A DNA stretch of 64,000 nucleotides from a virus (lineage: Duplodnaviria > Caudoviricetes). Within the stretch, counting starts at the first letter, position 1. Each line of letters opens with the position of its first letter. The translations under genes and the position numbers were made by a program. Below, piece by piece: positions 1 to 10,050 of the stretch. The notes under the pieces were generated by a model. That model made no database searches, was not told the origin of the DNA, and saw only the letters and a list, made by a program, of their open reading frames with translations. Where the stretch lies: positions 64,001 through 128,000 of the IMG/VR virus record IMGVR_UViG_3300015615_000196. One strand, written 5' to 3'.

Positions 1-356
1 ACCAATGGCTTGTTGAATGCTGTCAGACCAACAGGTTTCAAGAAACGGTCGATTGCCGTGTTGATTTCTTGAAGGTTCTTCAAGGTCTTGATCTCAATTT
101 CTTCCATCAAGATACCAGCTTCACGATTACCTGAGAACCAGATGATCGTTACGGTGTCCTCGTCTTTAACGAGTTTCGGAAGTTTGTTTTTGAGTTGTTT
201 ACGAATGTATTCAAGGTCGTTTGACATTGAACCTGATACATCAATCACAAAGATGTGATTTGTGGGAAATGATTTGGGTACTAACTGTACCTCTGCGAGA
301 GTCTTTACGTCTTTGATAGACAAAAAGAACTTCTCATTGAACTTAATGTTCTGCAT
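1..356 (-). CDS. vWA domain protein (runs off the window edge)
   Basis: Manual translation from ATG at 356: MQNIKFNEKF...HIFVIDVSGSMSNDL...TIIWFS; DxSxS MIDAS motif. Confidence 0.8.
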   Translation of the reverse strand, partial: MQNIKFNEKFFLSIKDVKTLAEVQLVPKSFPTNHIFVIDVSGSMSNDLEYIRKQLKNKLPKLVKDEDTVTIIWFSGNREAGILMEEIEIKTLKNLQEINTAIDRFLKPVGLTAFNKPL

Positions 357-459
357 ACTACTACAAATTTTAAATAAAATAATTACAACAAAAATGAATA
401 AAACAACAGTTTTTTCAGCTACTAATATACACTATTAAATACTGAAAAACAAGTAATAT

Positions 460-828
460 TTACTTTTGTACAAGGAAAAATGCGAAGAAATTCTTGTTGT
501 TGTCAACAAAAAATTCGTGGCAAATGACGTTCTGTAGTTTTGATGCAATCTTTTCCAAAGATGCTTCCAGTTTTGGTAAGGATGAAGAGTTTTCAAACGT
601 ACCTACCTTTTTTACAACCAGATCATAATTGGTTGCATTCTTCTTTTCGGAGTAACCGAAGCTAACAAGAAGCGTATTGGATTCCTCCAAGAATTCTACT
701 CCCACGCTTTTTGCTACGGTTTTAGCACCGTTAAGAAATGATAAGAATTCTTTCTTATCCTTTACGGTTAATTTTCCTTCTGAAAAATTAACCTCGAACA
801 ATTTGAATTTGTTGTGTACTTGTGACAT
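460..828 (-). CDS. hypothetical protein
   Basis: 122-aa ORF co-oriented within operon. Confidence 0.6.
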   Translation of the reverse strand: MSQVHNKFKLFEVNFSEGKLTVKDKKEFLSFLNGAKTVAKSVGVEFLEESNTLLVSFGYSEKKNATNYDLVVKKVGTFENSSSLPKLEASLEKIASKLQNVICHEFFVDNNKNFFAFFLVQK

Positions 829-852
829 TTTGATTTGAAATTTAAGTTTTAA

Positions 853-1677
853 TTATAACATTTTGAATGCCGATTTTATTGTGTTCACTTTCGCCTGAAA
901 CTCAGGCATTTGGAACACGTTTGGATAGTTCCAAGCGATCCCCTCTGCCATCAAATCTTCCACAGCACGAATGGTCGCACCTTCAATCTTTTTTCCATCC
1001 TGTTCGTACTCATATCCGAGTATCCAAAGGTTGGTTGAGATCGCCACCGTATTCGTAATGTCGTGAGATACAATGATGATCGTATTCAGTTCATTGAGTG
1101 CAGCGATTTCAAGAATGACATCGGACACTTCTCTGATCATATTGATGTCAAGACCCGAAAACGGTTCGTCAAGCAGCAAGAAACTTTCAGAACAAAGAAG
1201 CTGCTGAATGATTGCCACCCGTTGACGTTGACCCCCTGACAGTGATGCAGGGTAAAAATCTTTCTTGTCCGATAACTTGAACTTCTCAAGATACAATGCA
1301 ATTTTGTCCAGTTTGTCTTTCTTTGAAATGTTCAGTTGACTTGTGCCCAATTCCAAGTTGCCTTGAATTGTTCTGTGCATGAAGAGCGGATAGTTTTGTG
1401 CAACAACACCAACCACGCCAGCTTCCACAGGTTTGTTCATCACAGTCACCTTGCCAGTCGTAGGCTTGTTCAAGCCAGCGATAATTTTGAAAAGCTGTGT
1501 CTTCCCACGACCAGATGGCCCCAAGAACCCAACAACTTGTCCGGTGGTAATGTTTGGACGAACCACATCCTTTATTGAAACGTTGATGTCTCTCAGGATC
1601 AATTTATCTCCGTATTGCAATGAGACATCCTCAAGTTTGAGAATTTCAGTATCCAGAATGCTATACTCCTGTTTCAT
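853..1677 (-). CDS. ABC transporter ATP-binding protein (NitT/TauT-like)
   Basis: Walker A GPSGRGKT, signature LSGGQRQR, Walker B LLLDEPF, H-loop VSHD. Confidence 0.92.
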   Translation of the reverse strand: MKQEYSILDTEILKLEDVSLQYGDKLILRDINVSIKDVVRPNITTGQVVGFLGPSGRGKTQLFKIIAGLNKPTTGKVTVMNKPVEAGVVGVVAQNYPLFMHRTIQGNLELGTSQLNISKKDKLDKIALYLEKFKLSDKKDFYPASLSGGQRQRVAIIQQLLCSESFLLLDEPFSGLDINMIREVSDVILEIAALNELNTIIIVSHDITNTVAISTNLWILGYEYEQDGKKIEGATIRAVEDLMAEGIAWNYPNVFQMPEFQAKVNTIKSAFKML

Positions 1678-1840
1678 TTTTTTCTTCTTTTAGTTTGTCC
1701 TTCACAATCGAAAAAACTTCCTTCACAACTTGCTTGGGTACTTTCGATACTGACTTGGCAACCTTCCTGATCACCAGATATACTCCAAGCAGGAACAATG
1801 CGATGATCACCACAAAAATAATTGCTATCGTAGTCCACAT
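1661..1840 (-). CDS. small single-pass membrane protein (59 aa, not in ORF track)
   Basis: MWTTIAIIFVVIIALFLLGVYLVIRKVAK...; fills the gap between permease and ATPase. Confidence 0.6.
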   Translation of the reverse strand: MWTTIAIIFVVIIALFLLGVYLVIRKVAKSVSKVPKQVVKEVFSIVKDKLKEEKNETGV

Positions 1841-1844
1841 ATCC

Positions 1845-2630
1845 TTACTTGTTTAGAACCAGTACTGAATATGGACAGAAGCCTCTTCGAACTAACCCCA
1901 ACAACCAGTCAAGGAGAATTCCAACGAGTAATACGATCAAAAGGATGGCATACACTGAATCCAAATGGAACTGCTTGTTCTCTTGGAATAACAGTACACC
2001 GATTCCACCTTCTGCACGACAAAGATTTTCAACCATCGGAAGCATAATCCAAGCGATTGCAAAATTTTGTTTAACGGCTTCAAGGTATTGATCTGCCTTG
2101 CCTAAAATAATCACTTCCCACAAGGTCTTCCACGAACTCATTTTCAGAGTACGGGCGTAGTCAAGTTCTTCCTTCTTCACTTCGAAAATAATTCCGAGAA
2201 ATGAAGTCAGCATGAACACTACGATACAGAACACGAGCAATGTTACCTTGAGTGAATTTGTGTCTGGTGTAATCTCGGCAAAAATGAAAGTCAAACCAAC
2301 GGTAGATAAAAATCTTGCTTTACCTAAAACGTTGATGACCGGATTTAATGCGGGAATGACCCACAACAATGCAACGAACAGAGAAATGATTGTCGAATAG
2401 AAAATTGCTTTGATACACAAACTGGTACTGATCAACAGGTGAGTCAAGAAGTCATGCTTGGCGATCAACGTTGTCGTAGCAGTGTAAATGTCCAGTGGGG
2501 AAGGAACGAATTTGTTTGTGTTAAAGAACCAAAACAACCCCACGACAACAATCCAAAGTGTGACAATCAGGTTCTTATGGGAACCACCGATTGATTTGTT
2601 CGGTGTAAAAAAGTGAAGTAGTGTTTTCAT
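1845..2630 (-). CDS. ABC transporter permease (NitT/TauT-like)
   Basis: Multiple TM helices, EAA-like loop (ELDYARTLKMS), GGIG motif, adjacent to ATPase. Confidence 0.88.
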   Translation of the reverse strand: MKTLLHFFTPNKSIGGSHKNLIVTLWIVVVGLFWFFNTNKFVPSPLDIYTATTTLIAKHDFLTHLLISTSLCIKAIFYSTIISLFVALLWVIPALNPVINVLGKARFLSTVGLTFIFAEITPDTNSLKVTLLVFCIVVFMLTSFLGIIFEVKKEELDYARTLKMSSWKTLWEVIILGKADQYLEAVKQNFAIAWIMLPMVENLCRAEGGIGVLLFQENKQFHLDSVYAILLIVLLVGILLDWLLGLVRRGFCPYSVLVLNK

Positions 2631-2701
2631 TTTGTCTTTTAAAAGAAGGGGGTGCAGAGAGAAACCCTACACCCCCCATTCAACATAAACCCAAATCGAA
2701 A

Positions 2702-4501
2702 TTAACGTCTGCCCAATTTGATTTCAACACGTCTGTTCTTTGCACGACCAGTCGCAGTTGAGTTATCAGCAATCGGCATGTCTTGTCCGAAACCGTTGGT
2801 AGTAATTTTTGCAGCGAAATCCGCATCTTTTGCAATCAGCCAGTTACGTACAGAGTTTGCACGAGCCTGTGACAGATTACGGTTGTCTTCTGCTCTACCA
2901 GTATTGTCAGTGTGACCGTTGATAGTCACCAAAAGGTTCTCAGCAACAACAAGGTCATTCAACAACTTGTTGAGTGTTTCAGTTGATCTCGGAGAGATCG
3001 TAGCACTACCAGTTTCGAACTCGATAGTTACGGCCTTCGAAGATACAAGGCTTGACATGGTCTCACCTTCTTTGAAAGTCTGCGTACTTGCTACTGTCAT
3101 TTCCGCATTATTCCTGTTGGCATTGTATACCGAAGTCAGGTATGAAAGATCAAGTATGTCCGTGAACGGAGTGTATGTAGGAAGTCTTTCAGGGTACGAT
3201 GCGGTTGCAATGTCACCGAAAGTAGTGTATACGGCTTCGTACTTGTTAACACCACCGTTCAAACCGAAGTAGACGGCATTGTCAGCTAAGTTGAATACAC
3301 GCGAACCACCAAGTTCTACAATGTTACCTTGTGCATCAGAATATTGGAAGCCTTTGAAGTACTTCTCCCATTCCTGTGCGGTAAGGTCACCGTAAAGTTC
3401 GGCAGCTACACCAGTTGCATAAGTAAGTGCTTGTGAGTGTGATTTTACTTGGTCACCACCTAAAGCAGCAGCCAAGATAAAGTTCTCAACTTTCTTACGA
3501 TTGCTTTCCAACCAGTCGCCACAAGCAAGCCATGCGTTCGGCATTTGTGCACCGTAGTCTTTAGTTGAAGCAAGTGAAACAAGTCCACCTTTCTGTTGAA
3601 CTGCGTTTACGTCACCGGGAGTCCATGTTACCACGCCATCAACGACAACAGTAGTATCACGACCAGTACGCTTTCCGTTGATTACAACAGGACGCTTTTC
3701 TTTTTGACCAGCGATGTACAACTTAGATGCAAGAAGATAGTCATCAACTGCAAGCCAGTTTACGGCATTAGGATCGTAAGTAGTAGGATCGTTGTTAACA
3801 GGGATTTGGTTGTCAGAGCAATATTTCATTGCAATGTTCCAGTCACCGTCAAGGATAACACCAGCTACAAGTGAACCACGAAGATTCTGAGGATCACGCT
3901 TTGCAGAAGGACGGCCAAGAAACTTGTCTTCACCGAATGATGCACCACCAGCATAGAATACTTTGATCTGATACTTTTCACCAAGAGTTTTCTTGATGGT
4001 TTCGTTCAAACCAGATGCGAGACCGGGAACACCGTCACCCATCCATGCGATCATGTGGTAACCCTTTCCAGAGTTTACATTGCCTTGCGCATAGTCCTGA
4101 ATGAAGGCATACAGTTGATTAGCTTGCTCAGTACAGTTGTTTTGGGTGATCAACTTGAGTTTCACACCGTGTTCTTCCATGAGCGAACCTTTGGTAGTTG
4201 TGATACCACCGTTTGCGTAAAGGATACCAGATTGAGCGTTCCAGCCCATGATACCTGCACGAATTACACCACCGCCCATGTCCGACACATCGTGTGAAGG
4301 AAGTGCACGGGTAGGTGCGTTTGCGGTCTTGTCATACTCCAACGGAGGAAGATCATTTACCGTTACGACCTGTGATGCTTTGACGGTCTTCGGGATCAAG
4401 CCACTGTCAACGACAACGTACTTCACTCCGTAACCGACTGCGAATACTGAAACTGCGAGTAGCAATTTACTGAACAACGTCAGATTTTTGAAAAACTTCA
4501 T
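2702..4501 (-). CDS. substrate-binding protein fused to C-terminal OmpA-like peptidoglycan-binding domain
   Basis: N-terminal anchor; C-terminal FETGSA...GHTDNTG...NLSQARANSV...KNRRVEI OmpA_C motifs. Confidence 0.88.
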   Translation of the reverse strand: MKFFKNLTLFSKLLLAVSVFAVGYGVKYVVVDSGLIPKTVKASQVVTVNDLPPLEYDKTANAPTRALPSHDVSDMGGGVIRAGIMGWNAQSGILYANGGITTTKGSLMEEHGVKLKLITQNNCTEQANQLYAFIQDYAQGNVNSGKGYHMIAWMGDGVPGLASGLNETIKKTLGEKYQIKVFYAGGASFGEDKFLGRPSAKRDPQNLRGSLVAGVILDGDWNIAMKYCSDNQIPVNNDPTTYDPNAVNWLAVDDYLLASKLYIAGQKEKRPVVINGKRTGRDTTVVVDGVVTWTPGDVNAVQQKGGLVSLASTKDYGAQMPNAWLACGDWLESNRKKVENFILAAALGGDQVKSHSQALTYATGVAAELYGDLTAQEWEKYFKGFQYSDAQGNIVELGGSRVFNLADNAVYFGLNGGVNKYEAVYTTFGDIATASYPERLPTYTPFTDILDLSYLTSVYNANRNNAEMTVASTQTFKEGETMSSLVSSKAVTIEFETGSATISPRSTETLNKLLNDLVVAENLLVTINGHTDNTGRAEDNRNLSQARANSVRNWLIAKDADFAAKITTNGFGQDMPIADNSTATGRAKNRRVEIKLGRR

Positions 4502-4565
4502 ACTTTTTTAAGGTTTAAATTGAACAATTAATATATGTGCTTATACGTGTTAAGCCAATCAAAGT

Positions 4566-5555
4566 TTAGTTCTTCTTCAAAAGTTTTGCAAAAGAACTTT
4601 CTTTCGGAACAGATGACAAGATCGAAACCTCGCCAGTAGCACTCGGTACTTCAAGGAACAGACCACCATTGTCTTCGTATTCCTCAAGCAACTTCAAGCC
4701 ATCATCGTTCATCATCTGCTTTTCGATGTCGATGCCATCCATCACACCCTTCGATCTCTTTTCGAAATCGTCAATGAATGCGATCTTCTGCGTTACACTT
4801 TCTTCAAGAGCCAAAAGTGATTCTTGGAAGATACGAGCCTTCTCGTTGTCGGTGCTTGCAAACAGTTCTGCATCCGAAAGACCCTTGTACATTTCACGAA
4901 TGGTTTCGTACTCTGTACGCTTACGCTTGATTTCGTGCTCCAACTTGGTAATTGAGTAGCCCCAATTTTCGTCAAGTTTTTCAAGGAACGTAAGGTTCTT
5001 CTTCATACGATCATAGATCGGCTGATAAAGTTTCACAGACTCATTGTCGCTACTTGCCATGCTTGCAAACAAAGATGCTTGCTCAGTCTTGTTGACACTT
5101 TTTGCAGCTTTTGCTTTGCGCATGTTTTCATCAATGCCTTTTACCAAGTCAGTGATTTGACGTTCGAGTTTTACCTTCTTGCCTTCGATCTTAGTCTTGG
5201 TAACTTGAAGGTTGTGACGCTTCTCTTTCAGGTTTTCGACATACCGATCAAGGTACGACAAGAAATCCATCTTAATGAAGAAACTTGTGATCTTCCGGCA
5301 GATGTTTTTGTAGGTCATGGCAATGAAGTCCGGGTTTTGCAGTACATAGAGTACGACAAAGATCAACGGAATTGTTACCAATGCTGCTGCCCAAATACTT
5401 CCCACAAGAGAAGTAATGTTGTCGAAGAACGAGATCAGGGTTGAGGCAATCTTGTTGAAGAACAAGATACCAAGTCCTGCCAGTGCCACAGGTATACCGT
5501 AACGAACGATTTTTTCCTGCGGTGTGCCACCATTTGCTGAATTAAATCCTTGCAT
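4566..5555 (-). CDS. membrane-anchored coiled-coil protein (PspA/IM30-like)
   Basis: Two N-terminal TM segments followed by long heptad region. Confidence 0.55.
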   Translation of the reverse strand: MQGFNSANGGTPQEKIVRYGIPVALAGLGILFFNKIASTLISFFDNITSLVGSIWAAALVTIPLIFVVLYVLQNPDFIAMTYKNICRKITSFFIKMDFLSYLDRYVENLKEKRHNLQVTKTKIEGKKVKLERQITDLVKGIDENMRKAKAAKSVNKTEQASLFASMASSDNESVKLYQPIYDRMKKNLTFLEKLDENWGYSITKLEHEIKRKRTEYETIREMYKGLSDAELFASTDNEKARIFQESLLALEESVTQKIAFIDDFEKRSKGVMDGIDIEKQMMNDDGLKLLEEYEDNGGLFLEVPSATGEVSILSSVPKESSFAKLLKKN

Positions 5556-5592
5556 AAATTTTTGTTTTAGAGTTATGTTGAATTGGGTACGA

Positions 5593-6246
5593 CTATGCTA
5601 TGTACAAGTTCATCTTTTCGATGTTGCCACGAATATCCGTGACGAAGTCTTCGGCAGCAGCTTCGAATGCTGCTTTCTTGCTTTGCAATGAAAGGGTTTG
5701 TTCATTGATCTCATTGTTGATTTTGAAAATCAACTCTGCGTTTTTGTCTTTCTTATCTCTCAATGCCTGAATTTGTTTTTCAATTTCACCATTTTCTGAG
5801 GTAAGAAGATCGGCCTTCTTTTTCTTGTCGCCAACTTGGGTAGTTAATACCCCATTGATCTCATTGGTAAACCCTGATACTTGAGAATTAATCAGGTCTA
5901 CATATTTCTGGCCAGTTTCAAGCAAACGTGCTTTGGTCAAGCCTTGTGCTTGAAGGATTGAGAACACAGTCGTGAACTTGATGTTCTCCGGGATTTGTTG
6001 TCCTGCAAGATTTTTCAGTGCATCGGTGAACTCCTGAAAATCAGGGCCAGCGAAATTACCTTTCTTGTAGACTTCGTTCAAAAATTCAGTGAACTCGTTT
6101 TTCTCGGTCTGAGTTACTGTTACTGCTCCGTTTACGAGATTGTTAACGTTGCTCGGAGTTGCTGCTTTGTGAGTCGGTTTCGCCAATGGCTTCTTTTCTT
6201 CTACTGGCATTTCTTCGCTCTTCACAAAAAGGTCTTTCAGGCCCAT
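5593..6246 (-). CDS. coiled-coil hypothetical protein
   Basis: MGLKDLFVK start, helical C-terminus. Confidence 0.6.
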   Translation of the reverse strand: MGLKDLFVKSEEMPVEEKKPLAKPTHKAATPSNVNNLVNGAVTVTQTEKNEFTEFLNEVYKKGNFAGPDFQEFTDALKNLAGQQIPENIKFTTVFSILQAQGLTKARLLETGQKYVDLINSQVSGFTNEINGVLTTQVGDKKKKADLLTSENGEIEKQIQALRDKKDKNAELIFKINNEINEQTLSLQSKKAAFEAAAEDFVTDIRGNIEKMNLYIA

Positions 6247-6306
6247 AATTGTCGTGTTTTAGAGTTTTGACTTCGTTTTTGTTACACAAATTTAGTAAGA
6301 TAATTT

Positions 6307-7506
6307 TTATCTCCTACTTTTGATGAATATTTTTTTCACAGCCTGTTTAAAGGCTTCGTTCAATTCTTCATCGTCATCAATATCGTTATTTACGACCCAA
6401 TAGGCCAGCCCGACATTGATAATAAGCGTTAAGACATAGATTATGATGATCTGAGTTATGGTTGGCTCAATGTTAAGGTAGTCGAAATCGTGGAAGTCTT
6501 TACGCTTCCATTCGAACTTAACTTCATCGTCAATCATGTCAATGATCTGGTTTAAATCGAGTTTTTGTTCGTCCTCAATTCTATGCTTGATCTTCACCTT
6601 CACTTCGGTCTTTTCAGTCCATGAGAAAGTATGACCCCACATAATATTTTTGTCGTGGTCAATTCCAACACATACCACGATCTCATTCATGTTACCACCC
6701 TGCCAGTATCTTTCCTGAACAAGTCCTGCTTCTCTTGGTTGATCGGTGAAGACCAGAAGGTATACACGCACTTGTTTGCTTGCACCCATTCTTGAGTTGA
6801 GAACTTGCAGTCGTTGTGCAGCAGAATTATCGTTATAGCCCAACAACACTTCTTGGTGAAACTGTCTTACGACCGGAGGATAATCGAAAGGCTTGTATTG
6901 CTTGATCTCCATGCTATCCAATTCTTGGAAGTGGAAAATCGAATGGGAAGCCTTCGGACGATTCTCGTATGATTCAGATTCGGCAACTGGTTCAAGTGTT
7001 TCATCTTTATTGTCCCACTTGGTCGAATACATGTCACCATCAATTGAATGGTAGTGACGGTTCATGTCCACGAATTGCTTTCCTGTTCCGAATTGTGCAA
7101 CCAGTTCATTGTACCTTGTCTTGCTGATACCGTAGTCGCTCAATGTTGTGATTGCTTCCCAATGTTCGGGGTGATAATCAACATCGTAAGGGTGCATGTG
7201 ACCACAGACATATGTCGTACACGATCTGGTTTTTCCACTACCACTGCAACGTGTGCAGTATATTGGATGTCGGCACGATACTCGTTCATCCCATGCTTCA
7301 TAGAAGCGAACTTCCGTCACATATCCACCCAACCATTCTTCGTCAGCAGTAAGCGAGTGAACGCAGATTGCTTTGGCAATGAGTACCATGATCACAGTAG
7401 TCACTATCGGAATGATTATCTCCCACCAAACCACTTTCTTGTGGTAGAAACTCAGCAAAATGATTGCTGAAATGATTGGTATGAGGAATGCTAAGTAAAC
7501 GGCCAT
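6307..7506 (-). CDS. membrane protein with Cys-rich segment and TPM-like domain
   Basis: 2 N-terminal and 1 C-terminal TM; CxxC cluster; WQGGNMNEIVVCVG segment. Confidence 0.55.
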   Translation of the reverse strand: MAVYLAFLIPIISAIILLSFYHKKVVWWEIIIPIVTTVIMVLIAKAICVHSLTADEEWLGGYVTEVRFYEAWDERVSCRHPIYCTRCSGSGKTRSCTTYVCGHMHPYDVDYHPEHWEAITTLSDYGISKTRYNELVAQFGTGKQFVDMNRHYHSIDGDMYSTKWDNKDETLEPVAESESYENRPKASHSIFHFQELDSMEIKQYKPFDYPPVVRQFHQEVLLGYNDNSAAQRLQVLNSRMGASKQVRVYLLVFTDQPREAGLVQERYWQGGNMNEIVVCVGIDHDKNIMWGHTFSWTEKTEVKVKIKHRIEDEQKLDLNQIIDMIDDEVKFEWKRKDFHDFDYLNIEPTITQIIIIYVLTLIINVGLAYWVVNNDIDDDEELNEAFKQAVKKIFIKSRR

Positions 7507-7676
7507 TTTGTTATCGTTGTTTAAATGTGTCGCAGGACTCCCGATTCTCCACCTGCTTAACCTTGGTGAAAACTCCCTTCATGTTTTCGTTTTGGATTTT
7601 AACACACATAGTGCGCTACCGACAGTGTAAAGGTTAAAATTTTTGGATCGTATCTTAATATGACACACTTAATGAC

Positions 7677-8216
7677 TTACTTCTTTTCAAACAAGTCAGT
7701 ATCGTCATCTTTGCCAGTCTCGAAGGCTTTGTCAGTACGTGTGCTGGTAACGATGTTAAGTTCCGGCAGTACATGGCCACCAAGTGTGCTAACAAAAAAT
7801 CGACTTGGGAAAAGCGTGAGCAGGTTCTTCATTTCATTGTGAATCGAAATGAGTTTGCTTTGAACCATTGTAAATTTCGTTCGATACGTTTCGATGCTGA
7901 TCATCAAAGTCTTGTAGAGCGATGCATCGAAATTGGGATTGGACTCCGTGATCCACTTCATCATTTCTCCACCGTAATTGCGGGAACTCATGATTCGTGA
8001 ATAGTTCTTTTCGAAACTCTCAGAATATTGATCTGTCACCCCGGCTTGTTGCTTGAGGATTTTCCACATTTCATCGTGGACGAGTTTGTCTTGTTCGACT
8101 TGAGCCTCATACAGGTTGTTGAGGGTTACGTACTTGTTGTCGTAAACGAAGTACATGATTACACCAGTGAGGCCGATGAAGGCAGCAATGATGATAGCGA
8201 TAAGCGATTTATTCAT
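7677..8216 (-). CDS. LemA-like membrane-anchored protein
   Basis: N-terminal TM, helical bundle, LLTLFPSRFF motif, adjacent to TPM-like gene. Confidence 0.55.
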   Translation of the reverse strand: MNKSLIAIIIAAFIGLTGVIMYFVYDNKYVTLNNLYEAQVEQDKLVHDEMWKILKQQAGVTDQYSESFEKNYSRIMSSRNYGGEMMKWITESNPNFDASLYKTLMISIETYRTKFTMVQSKLISIHNEMKNLLTLFPSRFFVSTLGGHVLPELNIVTSTRTDKAFETGKDDDTDLFEKK

Positions 8217-8259
8217 AATTTAGCGTTGTTTTCAGTTATACGTAAGTTTCTGGAAAAGG

Positions 8260-8922
8260 TTATATATCAAACACAAAAGGTTTATTAATCGGGTCGTAGC
8301 TTCTGGTCATGAAGCTGGCGTTGTAGAATTTGACCCCATTGACTTCTGCCTCACCGTACCCTTCATGAATGTGTCCAAAGATATTAACTTTCAAGTCCTT
8401 CAACTCTCCGATCTTATTGAGCAGGTCTTTACATCCTACTTTCTTCTCAGGATTGTAACGGCTATCGTAAAGAACTTCATCGAGAATATTGTATGGAGGG
8501 CCGTGTGTGATCAATACGTTCGTGTCCAACGGAATCAAATCCCAATGTTTCTTTATTTCTTCGCCACGATCACGATTGAATGCCCAATTGTGAAACCAAG
8601 GAGTTATTGGTGATCCCCAAAACTTTACTCCGTCAATGGTCACACCACTATCATTCAGATAGTGTACATTATCCGGGAGAATTGTTTTCGCCATTCTTTC
8701 AGGATGACGTTCAAACCAGAAATCGTGATTTCCAGCAATGAAAATTTTGTGACCAAAGCCTTCCAATTTCAGAAACCAATCAAGAAAGTTTTTCACTTCT
8801 TGTTCAGTACCACGATAGGAAATGTCACCACCGCAGATTAATACATCAGCAGGGGGAAGCAAATCTAAATTAGAAAGGAGTTTGTGTTCAGTATGGGGGT
8901 CTGAGAATGCTGTAATTTTCAT
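8260..8922 (-). CDS. calcineurin-like metallophosphoesterase
   Basis: SDPH, GDIS, GNHD, THGPP, GHIHE motifs. Confidence 0.92.
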   Translation of the reverse strand: MKITAFSDPHTEHKLLSNLDLLPPADVLICGGDISYRGTEQEVKNFLDWFLKLEGFGHKIFIAGNHDFWFERHPERMAKTILPDNVHYLNDSGVTIDGVKFWGSPITPWFHNWAFNRDRGEEIKKHWDLIPLDTNVLITHGPPYNILDEVLYDSRYNPEKKVGCKDLLNKIGELKDLKVNIFGHIHEGYGEAEVNGVKFYNASFMTRSYDPINKPFVFDI

Positions 8923-9311
8923 TTAGTGTCGGTGTCTTCTTGATCTGATTCCTCTTCGTCATCATCTTCATCAATGACTTCTGTATTACTGCCATCAGCG
9001 AAATTCCATTCGTATCGTGCAGCGTTTTGTTTGTAGTCATTGATTTCTACCTTATCAACACTGAATGAAATGGTGCTACCCTGCGTGAGCGTTTGAGCAA
9101 TGTATCCATGAAGTTGATCAGAAGGAATCAAATGAAATTTCTCAACTGGACAATAGAAGCCCTCACTGCCATCGTTGGCATAGACGACTTCCATGTATTC
9201 CTCTGGCTTCTCTTCTCGCTTTTCAATTTCGCGTTTTACCCGGCCTTGCAGCCAACTTAGTTCGTACTCATTGAGTAGACCAAAGTCTATGTCATCAATA
9301 TTTCTACCCAT
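8919..9311 (-). CDS. hypothetical protein
   Basis: ORF overlapping neighbours; acidic tail. Confidence 0.6.
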   Translation of the reverse strand: MGRNIDDIDFGLLNEYELSWLQGRVKREIEKREEKPEEYMEVVYANDGSEGFYCPVEKFHLIPSDQLHGYIAQTLTQGSTISFSVDKVEINDYKQNAARYEWNFADGSNTEVIDEDDDEEESDQEDTDTK

Positions 9312-10050
9312 TCCTTAGAATCTGAAAGTATCTATCTTTCAGTAATCGGAGGTAAATATCGTTAGGAATTCCGTAATTTCCAATAGCCCACATATCGTTA
9401 AATTCAACGACTGCGTTTTCATTGCTGTGTGACCACGTACTGTTCTCAGGGTCGCCCATAAACACACCAATATCGATGGTATAGGCATCCGGGAAATCGG
9501 CCTTATTTTCCTGAATAACTTGTTCAACGTAATAGGGGTTAAACATCAGGCAGTAGTCTCCTGAATAGTTTCGAGCATCGACCATCTTATTGTGATGGAC
9601 ATAGACTCTCCATTCGCTTTCAAGTTTTCTCGAAAACGGCTGATACGCGAAAACCTTTGTGTCGTCCGGCAGGTCGTTGAGTATCGTGTACTTCATTCCA
9701 TCAAGAACGAGTCCAGTGAATATTTTCAATTCCAATGGTTTGATGAAAAGTTTCTCACCAGCATCGGCACGAGTCTTTGCTTCGAGCAATGTGATGATCT
9801 CGGATTTACGATTTGAATTCCGGGGAAGGCGTATTTCTCCCTTACCCAACTGTCTGAAAACTTCACGCATGAAGTCAGTTGAACCAACGGCAAGATTTTG
9901 ACGCAATAAACCATTTAGACGACCAGATTGTACTTCTTCAAACGAAGTCAATCGAACGTCCATGCAATTGTCCATTGCACCGTACCACGCACAAGCAGCA
10001 TCGAAATGATGGGCGTGTGTTCTCTCGCTATTTGACTGAACTAATACCAT
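9304..10050 (-). CDS. ATP-grasp protein (R2K/DUF4343-like)
   Basis: LFIKP, FTG, SEWRVYV, YTIDIG, VVEFND motifs. Confidence 0.75.
   Translation of the reverse strand: MVLVQSNSERTHAHHFDAACAWYGAMDNCMDVRLTSFEEVQSGRLNGLLRQNLAVGSTDFMREVFRQLGKGEIRLPRNSNRKSEIITLLEAKTRADAGEKLFIKPLELKIFTGLVLDGMKYTILNDLPDDTKVFAYQPFSRKLESEWRVYVHHNKMVDARNYSGDYCLMFNPYYVEQVIQENKADFPDAYTIDIGVFMGDPENSTWSHSNENAVVEFNDMWAIGNYGIPNDIYLRLLKDRYFQILRNG

Noticed and set aside
7507-7676. Possible riboswitch in the intergenic region
   Set aside because: There is some pairing (TGTCG/CGACA, GCAGG/CCTGC) but no recognisable family and insufficient support by eye.
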